Source of the DNA: a bacterium
Lineage (GTDB): Bacteria; Patescibacteriota; Patescibacteriia; 2-12-FULL-60-25
Direction: 5' to 3'
Assembly (NCBI GenBank): GCA_021796435.1
Contig: JAJYXM010000016.1
Location: 118,625-182,624 of the forward strand
DNA: 64,000 nt
Made by a program: the position numbers and the translations under genes. The notes under the pieces are model-generated. The model saw nothing but the letters and a program-made list of their open reading frames with translations, made no database searches and had not been told where the DNA came from. Shown here one piece after another: positions 48,942 through 59,866 of this stretch (position 1 is the first letter of the stretch; each line of letters opens with the position of its first letter).

Positions 48942-51173
48942 ATGACAAGGAAACTCTTTTTCGTAGTCTTCGGTCTGTCCACGCTCATCAATTGCGGGCC
49001 GCAATACGATCCGGAAAACGGAGCGCCTGAAAGCACACAGGATCCGCTCCAGATCGACCAGCAGACGGGTGTGCCGTACGCCAACACCTACCAGTATCCG
49101 ATCCAGGGCTTCAACGCATCGGACTTCGGCTTCGGTTTCGGCAGCATGAACGACCTGATCTGCATGAGCCGCGACAAGGATGGGCAGTGCTTGGCCTTCG
49201 GCTACCACCTGGCGCACGATTCACTCGTCGGACGTACGCCTTACGGCAAGGAAGTCCTGGCGCCGGCCGACGGCATCGTGCGCGTCACGACGGACCTCAC
49301 CTTCAGGGGCTATGGTTCCACCAGCAGCGGCAACAGCAACTACTACGGTTGCGTGCTCGTGCTCGAGCATGAATTCCCTGACGGCAGTCCGTTCACGACT
49401 TTGCTTGGGCACGTGCAGTGCGAGTCGACCACGAACTATGATCCGGCGGCGCGCATCGGCAATCCGGCGCGTGGGACGATCGTACGGCGCGGACAGTACG
49501 TCGGTCATGTAGGACACTATTGGTACGGCGCCGGCAAGACCACGGATTGGCACCACGTCCATTGGGGTAACCGTAAGGGCGCGTTCACGGCGACGAGCTA
49601 TACGCGTTCCGGCGTAGGCGTCTGGGTGCGCGGCTATGCTGCACGGAGCGAGTTCAGCAAGGATCCGCAGACCGGGAAGCTGGTGCACCCCGAATGGTTC
49701 GACCCGATCGATACGGTCAAGAAGTACGGCGATCCGGCCCTTACGCCGGATGTCGGAGTACGCCATCACCCGCCGGGCTCGATGCTGGAGGATCAGCAAG
49801 GGACGTTCTGGCTGGTGACGAATGAGGCGGAAATCGCCAAGCTGCCGACGGCAGTCATCGCATCCGACCACTATGACACTTCATTGGCGGCACGTGCGTC
49901 GCAGGACGAACTCGATTGCTACGCGCATGCGGCGGACATCAAATCGTTCGGCAGCGTCACTCTTTACCAACGGCCGGGTACGCACACGGTGGTCATGGCG
50001 TATGACGACAAGAAAGAACGCTACGACGTGATCCGCCAGGAAGCGCTCTATTCCTGGGGTTATAACTTCCAGGGACTTACGACGGATGCGTCCAAGATCC
50101 AGAAGTGTGAGAACGCATATGCAGCGCGCGGATTCCGCCAGCTGCGTCCGGGCTCGCTCATCAAGGCTGACGAAGAGAGTGAGGTCTCCATCGTCACGCC
50201 GTGGCAGACGCGACGGCCGATCGGCACGGGTGAGATCTACGAGAAGCTCGGTTATTCTTGGGACCGCATCATGTCCGTGCCATATGACGTCATCGACGCG
50301 GTGGCCGGGGTGCGTGAGTCCAATATCGTGGATTACGACTCCATCTTCGCCTGTGCCTTGCCGGCACCTTGTCCATCAGACGGTATGTGCGGCGGCGGCG
50401 ATGATCCGGAAGACTACGTCGATGATGTCGGAGATGTGTCGGAGCAGGACGCGGGCGCATCGACGGAGGGCGGGACGGAACAGCTTGACTCAGGCGCGCC
50501 AGCCGAGGCCTCTGCGACCACGGAATCATGCAACGGCTTGGACGACGACGGCAACGGCCAGATCGATGAAATCTTCATGTGCCGTCTCGGGGCAGTCGGC
50601 GGCGGCTGCGTGACTTCCTGCGGCAGCGCCGGATATCTGGTGTGCACGGCGCCGGCCTGTAGCTGGGGCGAGTGCCACAGCTATCCCGAGGATTGCAGCA
50701 ATACGATCGACGACGACTGCAACGGTCTGGTCGATTGCGCGGATCCTGCGTGTGCCAAAGACGCAAACTGCCAAACTGAAGCAGATGCCGGCATGCTGGC
50801 GGGACAGATTCGATTCATCTATGACGGGCCAGCGAGTCCGGGGAGCATCAAGCTCATGGCTTGGTGGCAGCCTCCGGAGACTGAGCCTCGGATCTGGGAC
50901 GAGGTGACGGATTGCCTGGATGCTGTGCCGGATGATGGCCGTTTCGACTGTACCTTCTTGGTACCGTCGGGTACGGGCCCCCTTGAATTCCAGGTGAATC
51001 TGCCTGATGGCAGCTACTGGGGTGACGAATCGTGCGACCAGATGGGCGGTTGTGGTTCGACCATCGGCACGACCAAGGTCTATGGCTCGGCAGGTGAGTT
51101 GGAGATCAAGATGGTCCCCAATAACGACCAAGGCCAGCCTTACTATAACGGTCATATCGACTCGGTTCCGTGA
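48942..51173 (+). CDS. large secreted protein with M23-like metallopeptidase region and C-terminal Cys-rich repeats
   Basis: Lipobox-like N-terminus; HxxxD...HxH-like motifs; repeated CNGLDDDGNG/CNGLVDC-type Cys/Asp repeats; GC-rich. Confidence 0.5.
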   Translation: MTRKLFFVVFGLSTLINCGPQYDPENGAPESTQDPLQIDQQTGVPYANTYQYPIQGFNASDFGFGFGSMNDLICMSRDKDGQCLAFGYHLAHDSLVGRTPYGKEVLAPADGIVRVTTDLTFRGYGSTSSGNSNYYGCVLVLEHEFPDGSPFTTLLGHVQCESTTNYDPAARIGNPARGTIVRRGQYVGHVGHYWYGAGKTTDWHHVHWGNRKGAFTATSYTRSGVGVWVRGYAARSEFSKDPQTGKLVHPEWFDPIDTVKKYGDPALTPDVGVRHHPPGSMLEDQQGTFWLVTNEAEIAKLPTAVIASDHYDTSLAARASQDELDCYAHAADIKSFGSVTLYQRPGTHTVVMAYDDKKERYDVIRQEALYSWGYNFQGLTTDASKIQKCENAYAARGFRQLRPGSLIKADEESEVSIVTPWQTRRPIGTGEIYEKLGYSWDRIMSVPYDVIDAVAGVRESNIVDYDSIFACALPAPCPSDGMCGGGDDPEDYVDDVGDVSEQDAGASTEGGTEQLDSGAPAEASATTESCNGLDDDGNGQIDEIFMCRLGAVGGGCVTSCGSAGYLVCTAPACSWGECHSYPEDCSNTIDDDCNGLVDCADPACAKDANCQTEADAGMLAGQIRFIYDGPASPGSIKLMAWWQPPETEPRIWDEVTDCLDAVPDDGRFDCTFLVPSGTGPLEFQVNLPDGSYWGDESCDQMGGCGSTIGTTKVYGSAGELEIKMVPNNDQGQPYYNGHIDSVP

Positions 51174-51254
51174 AAAATCTACCCTTGACGTCTCGGTAAA
51201 ACGAGGCGTCTTACCCTTATCCACAAAAGGGTACTTGCGTGGTAAGGTTATTTA

Positions 51255-51279
51255 GTTCAAAATAGAACAAAATTAGAAC
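51255..51279 (-). promoter_or_regulatory. putative LexA box(es) upstream of recA
   Basis: The reverse complement TGTTCTAATTTTGTTCTATTTTGAAC contains GTTC-N7-GTTC and lies about 140 nt upstream of the recA ATG. Confidence 0.5.
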
Positions 51280-51418
51280 ACAGGTATCTTTTAAATCGCG
51301 AACTGTTAGGGCTTCGCTCCGCTCCTGGTCGCCGTAGGTCAAACTACGGCTCCGGCAGTGCTCGCTCCAGCCCGTCGCATTTCATCGATTTAAAAAATAC
51401 CAAATTAATCAAAATCTT

Positions 51419-52510
51419 ATGCCGAAAAAAGTAGTTGACGAAAAAGACGAGCGCCGGTTGGCGGCGCAAGAAGCCATCGATCAGATAAAGGAGCGCTTCG
51501 GGGAGGGGAGTATCATGCGTTTGGGCGAAGCGAAGAAGATGGCGGTGGATGCGATACCTACGGGCTGTCTGTCTTTGGATCTGGCACTAGGCGTGTTGGG
51601 TGTGCCGCGTGGCCGTATTGCTGAGATTTATGGTCCGGAGTCGTCCGGCAAAACCACTTTGGCGCAACACATCATCGCAGAGGTACAGAAGTTGGGCGGT
51701 ATTGCGGCTTTCGTGGACGCGGAACATGCTTTGGATCCGGATTATGCCCGTAAGATCGGGGTTAACGTGGATGAACTCCTGATTTCACAGCCGGATACGG
51801 GCGAACAGGCTTTGGATATCGTTGAGACCTTGGTCAGATCGAACGCAGTAGATGTGATTGTCGTCGATTCAGTGGCAGCTTTGACACCGAAGGCCGAAAT
51901 TGAGGGTGAAATGGGCGAATCGCATATGGGATTGCAGGCTCGCCTCATGAGCCAAGCTCTGCGCAAGCTGACGGGAGTAATCTCAAAGACCAAGACCTCG
52001 CTCGTCTTCATCAACCAGATACGCCAGAAGATCGGCGTCGTGTTCGGCAATCCGGAGACGACGACCGGAGGTGTGGCGTTGAAGTTCTATTCATCAGTCC
52101 GTGTCGAGGTGCGGAGGTCTGCGCAGATAAAGATGGGCGAGAAGATCCTGGGTAATCGCGTGAAGGTCAAGGTCGTGAAGAATAAGGTTGCGCCGCCGTT
52201 CCGGACCTGTGAATTCGACATCATGTATAACGAGGGAATCTCGTTGGTCGGAGACTTGTTGGATCTCGGCGTAGAATATGGCGTGATCAAGAAATCCGGC
52301 AATTCATACATGTACAAGGACGAAAAGATAGGTTTGGGCCGTGAGAACGCTAAGTTGGGTCTGCGTGAGCGTCCGCAATTCCATAAAGAGATTCGGGAGT
52401 TGGTGATCGCGGAGTGGCGACGACGCGAAGACAGCGATAACGGCACCACAAGACAACCTCCAGCTGGAGATCAGGAGGATGATGTTCCGCCGCCTGAGAC
52501 GATGGAGTAA
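51419..52510 (+). CDS. recA: recombinase RecA
   Basis: Walker [12 protein letters not shown]; L1/L2 loops; 363 aa. Confidence 0.95.
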   Translation: MPKKVVDEKDERRLAAQEAIDQIKERFGEGSIMRLGEAKKMAVDAIPTGCLSLDLALGVLGVPRGRIAEIYGPESSGKTTLAQHIIAEVQKLGGIAAFVDAEHALDPDYARKIGVNVDELLISQPDTGEQALDIVETLVRSNAVDVIVVDSVAALTPKAEIEGEMGESHMGLQARLMSQALRKLTGVISKTKTSLVFINQIRQKIGVVFGNPETTTGGVALKFYSSVRVEVRRSAQIKMGEKILGNRVKVKVVKNKVAPPFRTCEFDIMYNEGISLVGDLLDLGVEYGVIKKSGNSYMYKDEKIGLGRENAKLGLRERPQFHKEIRELVIAEWRRREDSDNGTTRQPPAGDQEDDVPPPETME

Positions 52511-52578
52511 CCAGGCGTCTTGGCGCGGAGGTCAGACGTGACTTTCGTCGGATTTTCAGCTAGGATAAAATAGATTTC

Positions 52579-54804
52579 ATGTCACGTAGACGTAAAGGTT
52601 TCAAATTCCCCGACTTGTCGCTCGATCCAGAGACCGCGCATGGTATTTTGACGGTAGCGGTATTCGCCGTCGGGGTGCTCATTTTCCTGTCCATGTTCGA
52701 TTTGGCTGGAAGCTTGGGAAAAAGCCTGGATGGTGCCCTGATGCACGTCTTCGGTTGGGATAGGATAGTCTTGCCGTTCTTTTTTTTCGCCATCGGAATC
52801 AACCGGCTCACGCCGCATCGTTTTCCGTTGAAAGCTACGAATTACATCGGTTTTGTGGTGTTTTTTTTGGCCTTCAATCCTTTCATCCATACAGTGAACG
52901 CGAGCGACGGCATCACGACGCCCGAACAAATCGGAAGCTGGGGAGGCAAACTGGGAAGCCTGTTGTCGGAACCGTTCGTGGGGTTGTTGGGAAGATTCGG
53001 CGCAGGGACTTTGTTCTTCGCGATCTTCGTCATCTCTCTGTTGTTGATATTCAATACTTCGCTTAAACGCGTAGTCGCTATCCTCAGTCTGCTTTTGGGG
53101 TATCTGAAGAGCTTGATGTTGGCGTTGCTTTCTCCTTTCAAATGGTTGGTGAGCCGTAAGACGATCCAAGCGGAAGAACGCATACGACAACAATACGCGG
53201 CTCCAGAAAAGCCGGTTCCTGTCGCTCCGTTGGCGAAGGTTCCCCAAGCGGCGGCACAAGATGATGAGGAAGATGAGGATGAGGCCGAGGACGAGGTCGA
53301 TATAAAACCGGCGAAACCAAAGCGCAAGCAGCCGAAAGTGGAGATACCTCTGGAATTGTTGATCAGACGCGATCAGAAGCCCACATCCGGCGATATACAG
53401 CGTAACCAATACGTCATCCAGCGGACACTGGAGACATTCGGTATTCCGGTAGAAATGGGTGAGGTTTCAGTAGGACCGACGGTCACGCAGTTCACGCTTA
53501 AACCCTCGGAAGGCATCAAACTCTCGAGGATCACGGCACTACATAATGATCTGGCGTTGGCATTGGCGGCGCATCCTATCCGTATCGAGGCGCCGATTCC
53601 GGGTAAGTCGTTGGTGGGTCTCGAAGTACCTAACCAGAGCGTAGCTACAGTGGGCATGCGCGAGATGTTCGAGTCCAAAGAATGGCACGAACGACGGGAT
53701 AACCTGCACTTCGTACTGGGTCGCGATGTCTCGGGCAAACCTTGGGTCACCAATCTGGGTCGGATGCCGCACCTTCTGGTCGCAGGGGCGACAGGTTCCG
53801 GAAAATCCGTATGTCTGAATACGCTGATCATGTCGTTGCTCTACGCCAATGGACCGGATGACCTGAAGCTCATCATGGTCGACCCGAAGCGTGTCGAACT
53901 GCAGGTCTACAACGGCATACCGCATCTGGTCACGCCGGTCATCACGGACGTGGAGAAGACGGTGAATGCATTGAAATGGGCGTTGCGCGAGATGGATAGG
54001 CGATTCGATATCCTTTCCAAGTTCGGTTCGCGCGATATCTATACGTATAATGCGGCCGCCGAGGAGAAATTGCCTTTCTTGGTGGTCATCGTCGATGAGT
54101 TGGCTGACCTGATGGTCACGGCCATGCAAGAAGTGGAAGGTCCGATCGTACGTCTGGCTCAGATGTCGCGTGCCGTAGGTATCCATCTGGTCTTGGCGAC
54201 GCAACGACCGTCCGTGGATGTGTTGACCGGCCTCATCAAAGCGAACATCCCGGCGCGTATCGCATTCGCAGTCGCGTCAGCGACGGATTCACGTACGATA
54301 TTGGATCAGATGGGAGCGGAGAAGCTCATCGGACGCGGCGATATGCTGTATCAGACTGCGGAAATGGCCAGTCCGCGCCGTATCCAAGGGGCTTTCGTGG
54401 CGGACGATGAGATCAAACGCGTAGTGGAATACCTGAAATCTAAATATGATCCGGCGGACTACGATCCTTCGGTAGTAGAGTCCTATCGCGGCAACGCGGT
54501 CTTCAACGGCGGCGACATAAACAGCAGCGGAGCGGATGGTGATGCACTGTTGTCGGAGGCTAAAGAAGAGATCTTGCGCGCCGGCAAAGCTTCCGCCTCG
54601 CTTCTGCAGCGTAGGTTGAAGGTCGGTTATGCACGTGCAGCCAGGATTTTGGATCTGTTGGAGGAAGAAGGCTTCATCGGTCCGGCTGATGGGGCAAAGC
54701 CGAGGGACATCCTGAAGGCAGACTTCACGAATCAGATGGAAGAGCCGAGCCATCCGGCTCTGGAGCAGGTGAACCGTGAGATCCCTGATATCGAGGAAGA
54801 ATAA
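52579..54804 (+). CDS. ftsK: DNA translocase FtsK/SpoIIIE
   Basis: N-terminal TM region, linker, then motor domain with VAGATGSGKS Walker A and a gamma/winged-helix C-terminus. Confidence 0.9.
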   Translation: MSRRRKGFKFPDLSLDPETAHGILTVAVFAVGVLIFLSMFDLAGSLGKSLDGALMHVFGWDRIVLPFFFFAIGINRLTPHRFPLKATNYIGFVVFFLAFNPFIHTVNASDGITTPEQIGSWGGKLGSLLSEPFVGLLGRFGAGTLFFAIFVISLLLIFNTSLKRVVAILSLLLGYLKSLMLALLSPFKWLVSRKTIQAEERIRQQYAAPEKPVPVAPLAKVPQAAAQDDEEDEDEAEDEVDIKPAKPKRKQPKVEIPLELLIRRDQKPTSGDIQRNQYVIQRTLETFGIPVEMGEVSVGPTVTQFTLKPSEGIKLSRITALHNDLALALAAHPIRIEAPIPGKSLVGLEVPNQSVATVGMREMFESKEWHERRDNLHFVLGRDVSGKPWVTNLGRMPHLLVAGATGSGKSVCLNTLIMSLLYANGPDDLKLIMVDPKRVELQVYNGIPHLVTPVITDVEKTVNALKWALREMDRRFDILSKFGSRDIYTYNAAAEEKLPFLVVIVDELADLMVTAMQEVEGPIVRLAQMSRAVGIHLVLATQRPSVDVLTGLIKANIPARIAFAVASATDSRTILDQMGAEKLIGRGDMLYQTAEMASPRRIQGAFVADDEIKRVVEYLKSKYDPADYDPSVVESYRGNAVFNGGDINSSGADGDALLSEAKEEILRAGKASASLLQRRLKVGYARAARILDLLEEEGFIGPADGAKPRDILKADFTNQMEEPSHPALEQVNREIPDIEEE

Positions 54805-54808
54805 AGGT

Positions 54809-55540
54809 ATGCCGTTTTTACGCAAACGGGTCTTGAACGGCAACCGCGGTTTCGGCGAAGACCTGAAAGAGTTGAGGGAGCTGAGAGGCTATACGCGCCA
54901 GACCTTGGCCAAGATTTGCGGTATCCATCCGGCGATCATCGAGTCCCTTGAGGAAGAGCGTCTCAAGGATTTCAAGGATCCATATTACGCCAAGCGACAC
55001 GTCAAACTGTTGGCGTCAGCTTTGGAGGCAAGCGAGTTTTTTTTGCTGGAAAAGTACGACAAGTTGTTGAAAGCGAATGACGTCAAGCAAGAGGCGACAT
55101 TCAACCTCAATCCCCGTACCAAGAAGACGGATTTTTGGGTCACTTCGAAGATCCTCGTCGCTTTATTGACCTTGGCGATCGTCGGCATCCTGACCAGCTA
55201 TCTGGTATGGCAGGTCAAGCAGATGACGGCTCCGCCTGATCTGGAATTGATGCAACCGGTCGAAGGCTTGCATGTCGATGTGGCGGAAGTGCAAGTGGAA
55301 GGCAAGACGGACACTACGGCCAAAGTCGAAGTCAACGGGCGACAGGCCGTGGTCGGGAATGACGGGATTTTCGCCTTGACCTTGGATGTACCGGAAGGCG
55401 TTTCGACCATAACAGTACAAGCCCAGCGAAGGTATAGTGCGCCTGTAGTGATCGAACGCCATATCCTGTTCACGCGTCAGCAGGTTGACGCTACATCGAC
55501 CGTGAATGCTGAAGTCGTGACGTCGACGGAGAGCGAATAG
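54809..55540 (+). CDS. HTH (XRE-type) membrane protein, RodZ-like
   Basis: N-terminal HTH (LKELRELRGYTRQTLAKICGIHPAII), a single TM helix and an extracytoplasmic domain. Confidence 0.5.
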   Translation: MPFLRKRVLNGNRGFGEDLKELRELRGYTRQTLAKICGIHPAIIESLEEERLKDFKDPYYAKRHVKLLASALEASEFFLLEKYDKLLKANDVKQEATFNLNPRTKKTDFWVTSKILVALLTLAIVGILTSYLVWQVKQMTAPPDLELMQPVEGLHVDVAEVQVEGKTDTTAKVEVNGRQAVVGNDGIFALTLDVPEGVSTITVQAQRRYSAPVVIERHILFTRQQVDATSTVNAEVVTSTESE

Positions 55541-56032
55541 GCGGGGAGGATACAGCAAAGGAGAGTTTTTTCATTTGTTCCGGAACTCGCTTGTTTTTTG
55601 TCATCCCGCACTCCCGCCCGCAACGCCTTGCTTGCATGGCGGGCGCGGTGATGCGGGATCTGGATCCAGGGTCTTTGCCCGGGACGACAGGCTGAGCAAA
55701 AGAAAACAAAAAAATCACCCCGATGGATTCATCTCGCGATGGATCATCGGGGTGATTTATTCCCGGACCGGAAGCTGCAAAGAGCTGCCACGCCAAGTAA
55801 ACGGCTGTACCCATGTGAGGAGAGAGAATCCCTCAATGAAGAGGGAAACCACGGATATTACCATTAGAAGCGTACAACACTTCGCAGCTCCCGGGCCGGG
55901 AATCCGCATACGGTAGGTGGCGCTACATTCTTTGTCAAGATGAAAACTTCGCATCCTTCTTCGGTCAACCGTCAGTATGGCGGATCGAAGGAGGTGTCCG
56001 ACCGGTAAGGGAGCCCGGTCGGAAGAGTCGTC

Positions 56033-56740
56033 CTAGTATTGGAGCGGATCGGAGGCTTCGACGAAGCGCAACAGCTTGTCGATGCTGATCCACTTGTCGT
56101 CGCAAGTGGCGTGCGCTTTGCGCAGGGTCTCTTCGGTACTTGCGCAGCGGGAGAAGCCGGCGGGAAAGCCGGAACCGTCGGTGCGCTTGAAGAGCGGGAT
56201 CCAGCCACGCACGGAGTATGGGCGCAGGTAGGCCTCGTCATCGTGCTTGTAGAACGGCGCCGGGATGATGGCGAAGATTTCGCGGTCCAGACGCATCTCA
56301 GGACGGCGCAAGATGATGGACAGGATGAAAGCCAGGATGAAGTGGGCCCAAGCCCGGAAGTCGTGCCACGAAGCAGGCGTCGCGATATCACGCGGACGAT
56401 ACAGGATGAACACCACCGTGGGGTGCAGATCGATAGTCCGGATGAGCGGGCGCAAGTTGGCGCTTCCGCGGAGTGCCGGACTCGAGATGCGCTCCTCGTC
56501 GGGAAGAGCGATACCTTCTTCGTCCGCAGACGCTACATCGGACGAAGTCGGAGGACTGCTCTTGCGCAGGAAGAGCTCTGAGGCATCGATGAGGACGCCG
56601 TCCGATTGCCTCGCGCGCGATTTTTGAGTCACGTTCCCACTCTTCATCGTACTGCTCCAGACGAATCCTAGGACGTTGGAAATGAAAAGATCCCTTAAGT
56701 CCTTCATAGCATGATGTTGCCCTTTTGGCAAGGTATGCAC
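56033..56740 (-). CDS. hypothetical protein
   Basis: ORF in a GC-rich minus-strand cluster. Confidence 0.4.
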   Translation of the reverse strand: MHTLPKGQHHAMKDLRDLFISNVLGFVWSSTMKSGNVTQKSRARQSDGVLIDASELFLRKSSPPTSSDVASADEEGIALPDEERISSPALRGSANLRPLIRTIDLHPTVVFILYRPRDIATPASWHDFRAWAHFILAFILSIILRRPEMRLDREIFAIIPAPFYKHDDEAYLRPYSVRGWIPLFKRTDGSGFPAGFSRCASTEETLRKAHATCDDKWISIDKLLRFVEASDPLQY

Positions 56741-56808
56741 CTATGGAAGATTTAAGGGATCCCGCAAAGCCGAGAGATTGAGCTTTGCGGAACGGTTGTG
56801 AGACGGGG

Positions 56809-58236
56809 TCAGTCGAGCGCGTCGGCGGTAGCCGGCGTGAACTCGACATGCGTTTCGGTGGCAGGAGCTGCTTCGGCCTTGGTGGCTTCTGCAGCGGTTT
56901 CGGTGGCGGGAGGCTCCGCGGTCGCGCCTTCGGGCTGCTCGGTGGCAGCGTCGGCAGCGACTTCGGGGCTGCTGTCGGGTGAACTGTCGTCCGCGGCGGC
57001 GACGGCTTTGGGGCCATCGTCCTCCTCGGAGCTGTCTTCGGTTGCATCGCCTGCGCCTTCCTCCGCCGAAGCGGATTGGGTCGTGGAATCGTCCGAAGCA
57101 CCCGTCGTGGCGTCGTCGTTGACTGCGGCGGCGTCGGCGGATGAGGTACTTTCGTCCGTACCGGCGAGCAGGTCGTCGAGGTCCACCTTCTCGATTCCTT
57201 CGTTGTCCTTGTCGGCGGTGATGGCCTCGGCGGTGCCTTCGAGGAGTTTGTCCAAGAAAGCGACGCTATCTTCGGGGGTGGGGCACATGGAGAGCCAGCT
57301 CACCATCAAGCTGAACCCCTCCACCGTCGGCTCCTCATTGGAGTAGTCGAAGCCTGGGAGGATGAGCGTCTGATAGGTCCAGATGGCGACCTTGATCAGC
57401 GGCAGCTCGATGATGAAGATGAGCCCGCGTCCATCGCGGCCCGCTGCTCCGACGGAGATCGGCCGATCCGTAGGCGCTCGTCGCGCGCCGCGGGATGGCA
57501 TGTAGCCCACGATGACGTGTGTCGCGACCGTGCTCTGGCCACGGCTGTCGTTGACCACATGGCCGGCCAGCCGAACGAACTTTGTGGGTCCGTTCTTCCG
57601 GCCGAAGATCTTGAAGGTCTCGCCCACGGGTCGGTTCATGGCCCGGCTGAGGTCGTACAGGTTGACCCTGTATGACTCGCCCCGCTTGATGGGCACACTC
57701 ACCTGGCGCCGATTGCCGTCACGGTCCGTGCGGTCGATCATCTGATGGGTGTCGGGCCTGATCACCACGACGTCCATCACGCCCTCCTTGAGGGCCGCCT
57801 TGATCTGCTTGCCACTGGATCGGATTGCCGGAAGCTTCAGGGCGTCGTCCGGGGATTCCTGATCGAATCTCCCGTACTCGAGGTCGAGGTAGCGCTCGTA
57901 CTCCAGGAGCGCAAGCTCCTGGTAGTGGTTGAACTGTCGCCGAGCCTTCTCGTCGAGCGCCGCGATCTGTTCCGGTGCGACGAGTTCCGGATCCAGACTG
58001 AGCTGCATGATGGACAGCTCGCGGCTGGAAACCAGAACCGGGAACCCGCCGCTGCACTTCGGGACGTTGCTGACGACCAGCCGCATACCGGGCGGGGGTG
58101 TGATTCCAGGCACCAGATTGCTCAGGCCCGTGGTGAACAGCTGCCGCACTCCGTTCGGGGCGGGACAGGTCTGCTGCTCGAGCGCGTCGTAGAGCTTGCG
58201 ATTCTCGGCCCGCTTCTCTTCTTCGGTCTTCTTCAT
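56809..58236 (-). CDS. hypothetical protein with a long acidic Ala/Asp/Glu/Thr-rich C-terminal tail
   Basis: Start taken at MKKTEEEK. Globular N-terminal region of about 340 aa followed by a roughly 130-aa acidic low-complexity tail. Confidence 0.45.
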   Translation of the reverse strand: MKKTEEEKRAENRKLYDALEQQTCPAPNGVRQLFTTGLSNLVPGITPPPGMRLVVSNVPKCSGGFPVLVSSRELSIMQLSLDPELVAPEQIAALDEKARRQFNHYQELALLEYERYLDLEYGRFDQESPDDALKLPAIRSSGKQIKAALKEGVMDVVVIRPDTHQMIDRTDRDGNRRQVSVPIKRGESYRVNLYDLSRAMNRPVGETFKIFGRKNGPTKFVRLAGHVVNDSRGQSTVATHVIVGYMPSRGARRAPTDRPISVGAAGRDGRGLIFIIELPLIKVAIWTYQTLILPGFDYSNEEPTVEGFSLMVSWLSMCPTPEDSVAFLDKLLEGTAEAITADKDNEGIEKVDLDDLLAGTDESTSSADAAAVNDDATTGASDDSTTQSASAEEGAGDATEDSSEEDDGPKAVAAADDSSPDSSPEVAADAATEQPEGATAEPPATETAAEATKAEAAPATETHVEFTPATADALD

Positions 58237-58916
58237 GGTGAACTCTCCTGTGTGACGGGGGATACCCGCCAAAATGATTTCCTGCGTTTGTGTCTCAAAA
58301 CCGTTGAGTTCCGTGCATTGCCGCCGTTGCGGTTACACGGAAGAAGTTGTTCAGTTGTCGATGTGCGCAGGTCCGATACGCCGTGCCGAAGCACTTCGTG
58401 TCAGGCCTGTTCGATGATGATCGAGCCGAGTCAGGCAGTAGCCTTATCGTCTCCTGGTTTACCCCACAGGGGTGACATAAGGGTTATCTTACCGCGGCTT
58501 TGCGGTGTGAGACCCTTAAAGATTGTGAGGAAGTGGGAGGATGATTTCAGGTCATCTCCCGCAACAGGATCGAAGGCTTTCGATTCTCTTGCGGGAGAGC
58601 GAACGCTGTGTGGTTCGCCCAAGAGGTAGGGTTCGCGTCAGTTCGGGTGTTCGACGGGGCCGAATACCTCCTGCAGCGTAACTTCGTCGAAGTTGCTACA
58701 CGAGGAGGCGGTTCCCCTCAAGAATGCAAGGTCGTCGTCTGAGCTCTGGAATGCGTTGACGGCGTCGCCAGCGCTCCAATCGACAAGCTCGCTGCCGGGG
58801 TAGTCCTCGGGGTTAGGCGCACCCGGATGCAGGGATTCGAATCTACTCGCTGGCTTCTGCGAACTTCTTGAGTCTGTCCTTCTGGGACCCTTCTTTTTCG
58901 CCACTTCAACTCTCCT

Positions 58917-59201
58917 TTATCGCCGGGACTTTCCCCATTCCCGGACTTTTCGCCACTGTTCCATCCCATTCTGCAACGTGCCGAAGTGAGACGGTTCGTG
59001 GCTGGAACGCGATGTGCTGATGATGAGCAGAGCCGCGAGGCAAATGCTCACGAGAATGGCGACGAGCGTTGCGGCTTCGTCGCGGAACAGCCAACCGAAA
59101 ACGATTAGAAGAAAAACGCCCGCAATCACTACTGACGCCTTTTTCAACATTGAAAGAACGCCTCCGTAAGTAACGTCCTCGGGTCCGGCGAGGTCCGGCA
59201 T
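58917..59201 (-). CDS. small membrane protein
   Basis: 94 aa, one TM helix. Confidence 0.3.
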   Translation of the reverse strand: MPDLAGPEDVTYGGVLSMLKKASVVIAGVFLLIVFGWLFRDEAATLVAILVSICLAALLIISTSRSSHEPSHFGTLQNGMEQWRKVREWGKSRR

Positions 59202-59866
59202 GGCGCGGACCTTAATGGATGGTCCATTAGGGCCGGACGAACACCGGAACCGAGGAAATTAGGACTTACGTGTTTGGCGCATAACTTTGTTAGTTCTGTT
59301 TCCAAACACGAAAGTCCAAAGTTTAGTTATTATCCGGAAGGAGATGGAGGCGGCCCGCATCGGCAATAACCTTTGCAGGCCGAATTGGTTTGTATTCACG
59401 TTTCGGCACAAAGGCCTGACGCGAACGAGGAGAGCGGCCCGGACCGGTCCAGCGAAAGCCGGAGAAGTCGTTTGGCCATAGGTTTTTTACCTCCATTTCC
59501 TTCGGGGTAATTTTGAGGCGCCATGAGCCCCATCAACATGTATAAGAACAATACGGTAATCTACCAGTTTTTGCAGTAAATGTCAAGGGCAGTTGAACAA
59601 AAAGCGTGGAAATATCATGAAAGTCATATTTTGTTTAAATTAAGCGTTTTTGTGGATTTTTGCCTGAATCTAGGCCTTAATGTGATGTTTAAGACAGGTG
59701 ATTAATTGATAAATACCAAGATGATTAAACAAAAAAATGTTATTTTGCTGCGGGGTTGTTGTGATTGAGTGAACCTCAATAGTTGTTACGCTAATAGTGC
59801 AATTGTTAGATACCCCACTAACAAGATGACCGCTATGTTGAATAGATTCAATATCAAGAATTTAGT

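Noticed and set aside
49180-51224. Many overlapping ORFs on both strands inside the 743-aa secreted protein gene
   Set aside because: GC-rich shadow ORFs with Arg/Ala/Ser-rich low-complexity translations.
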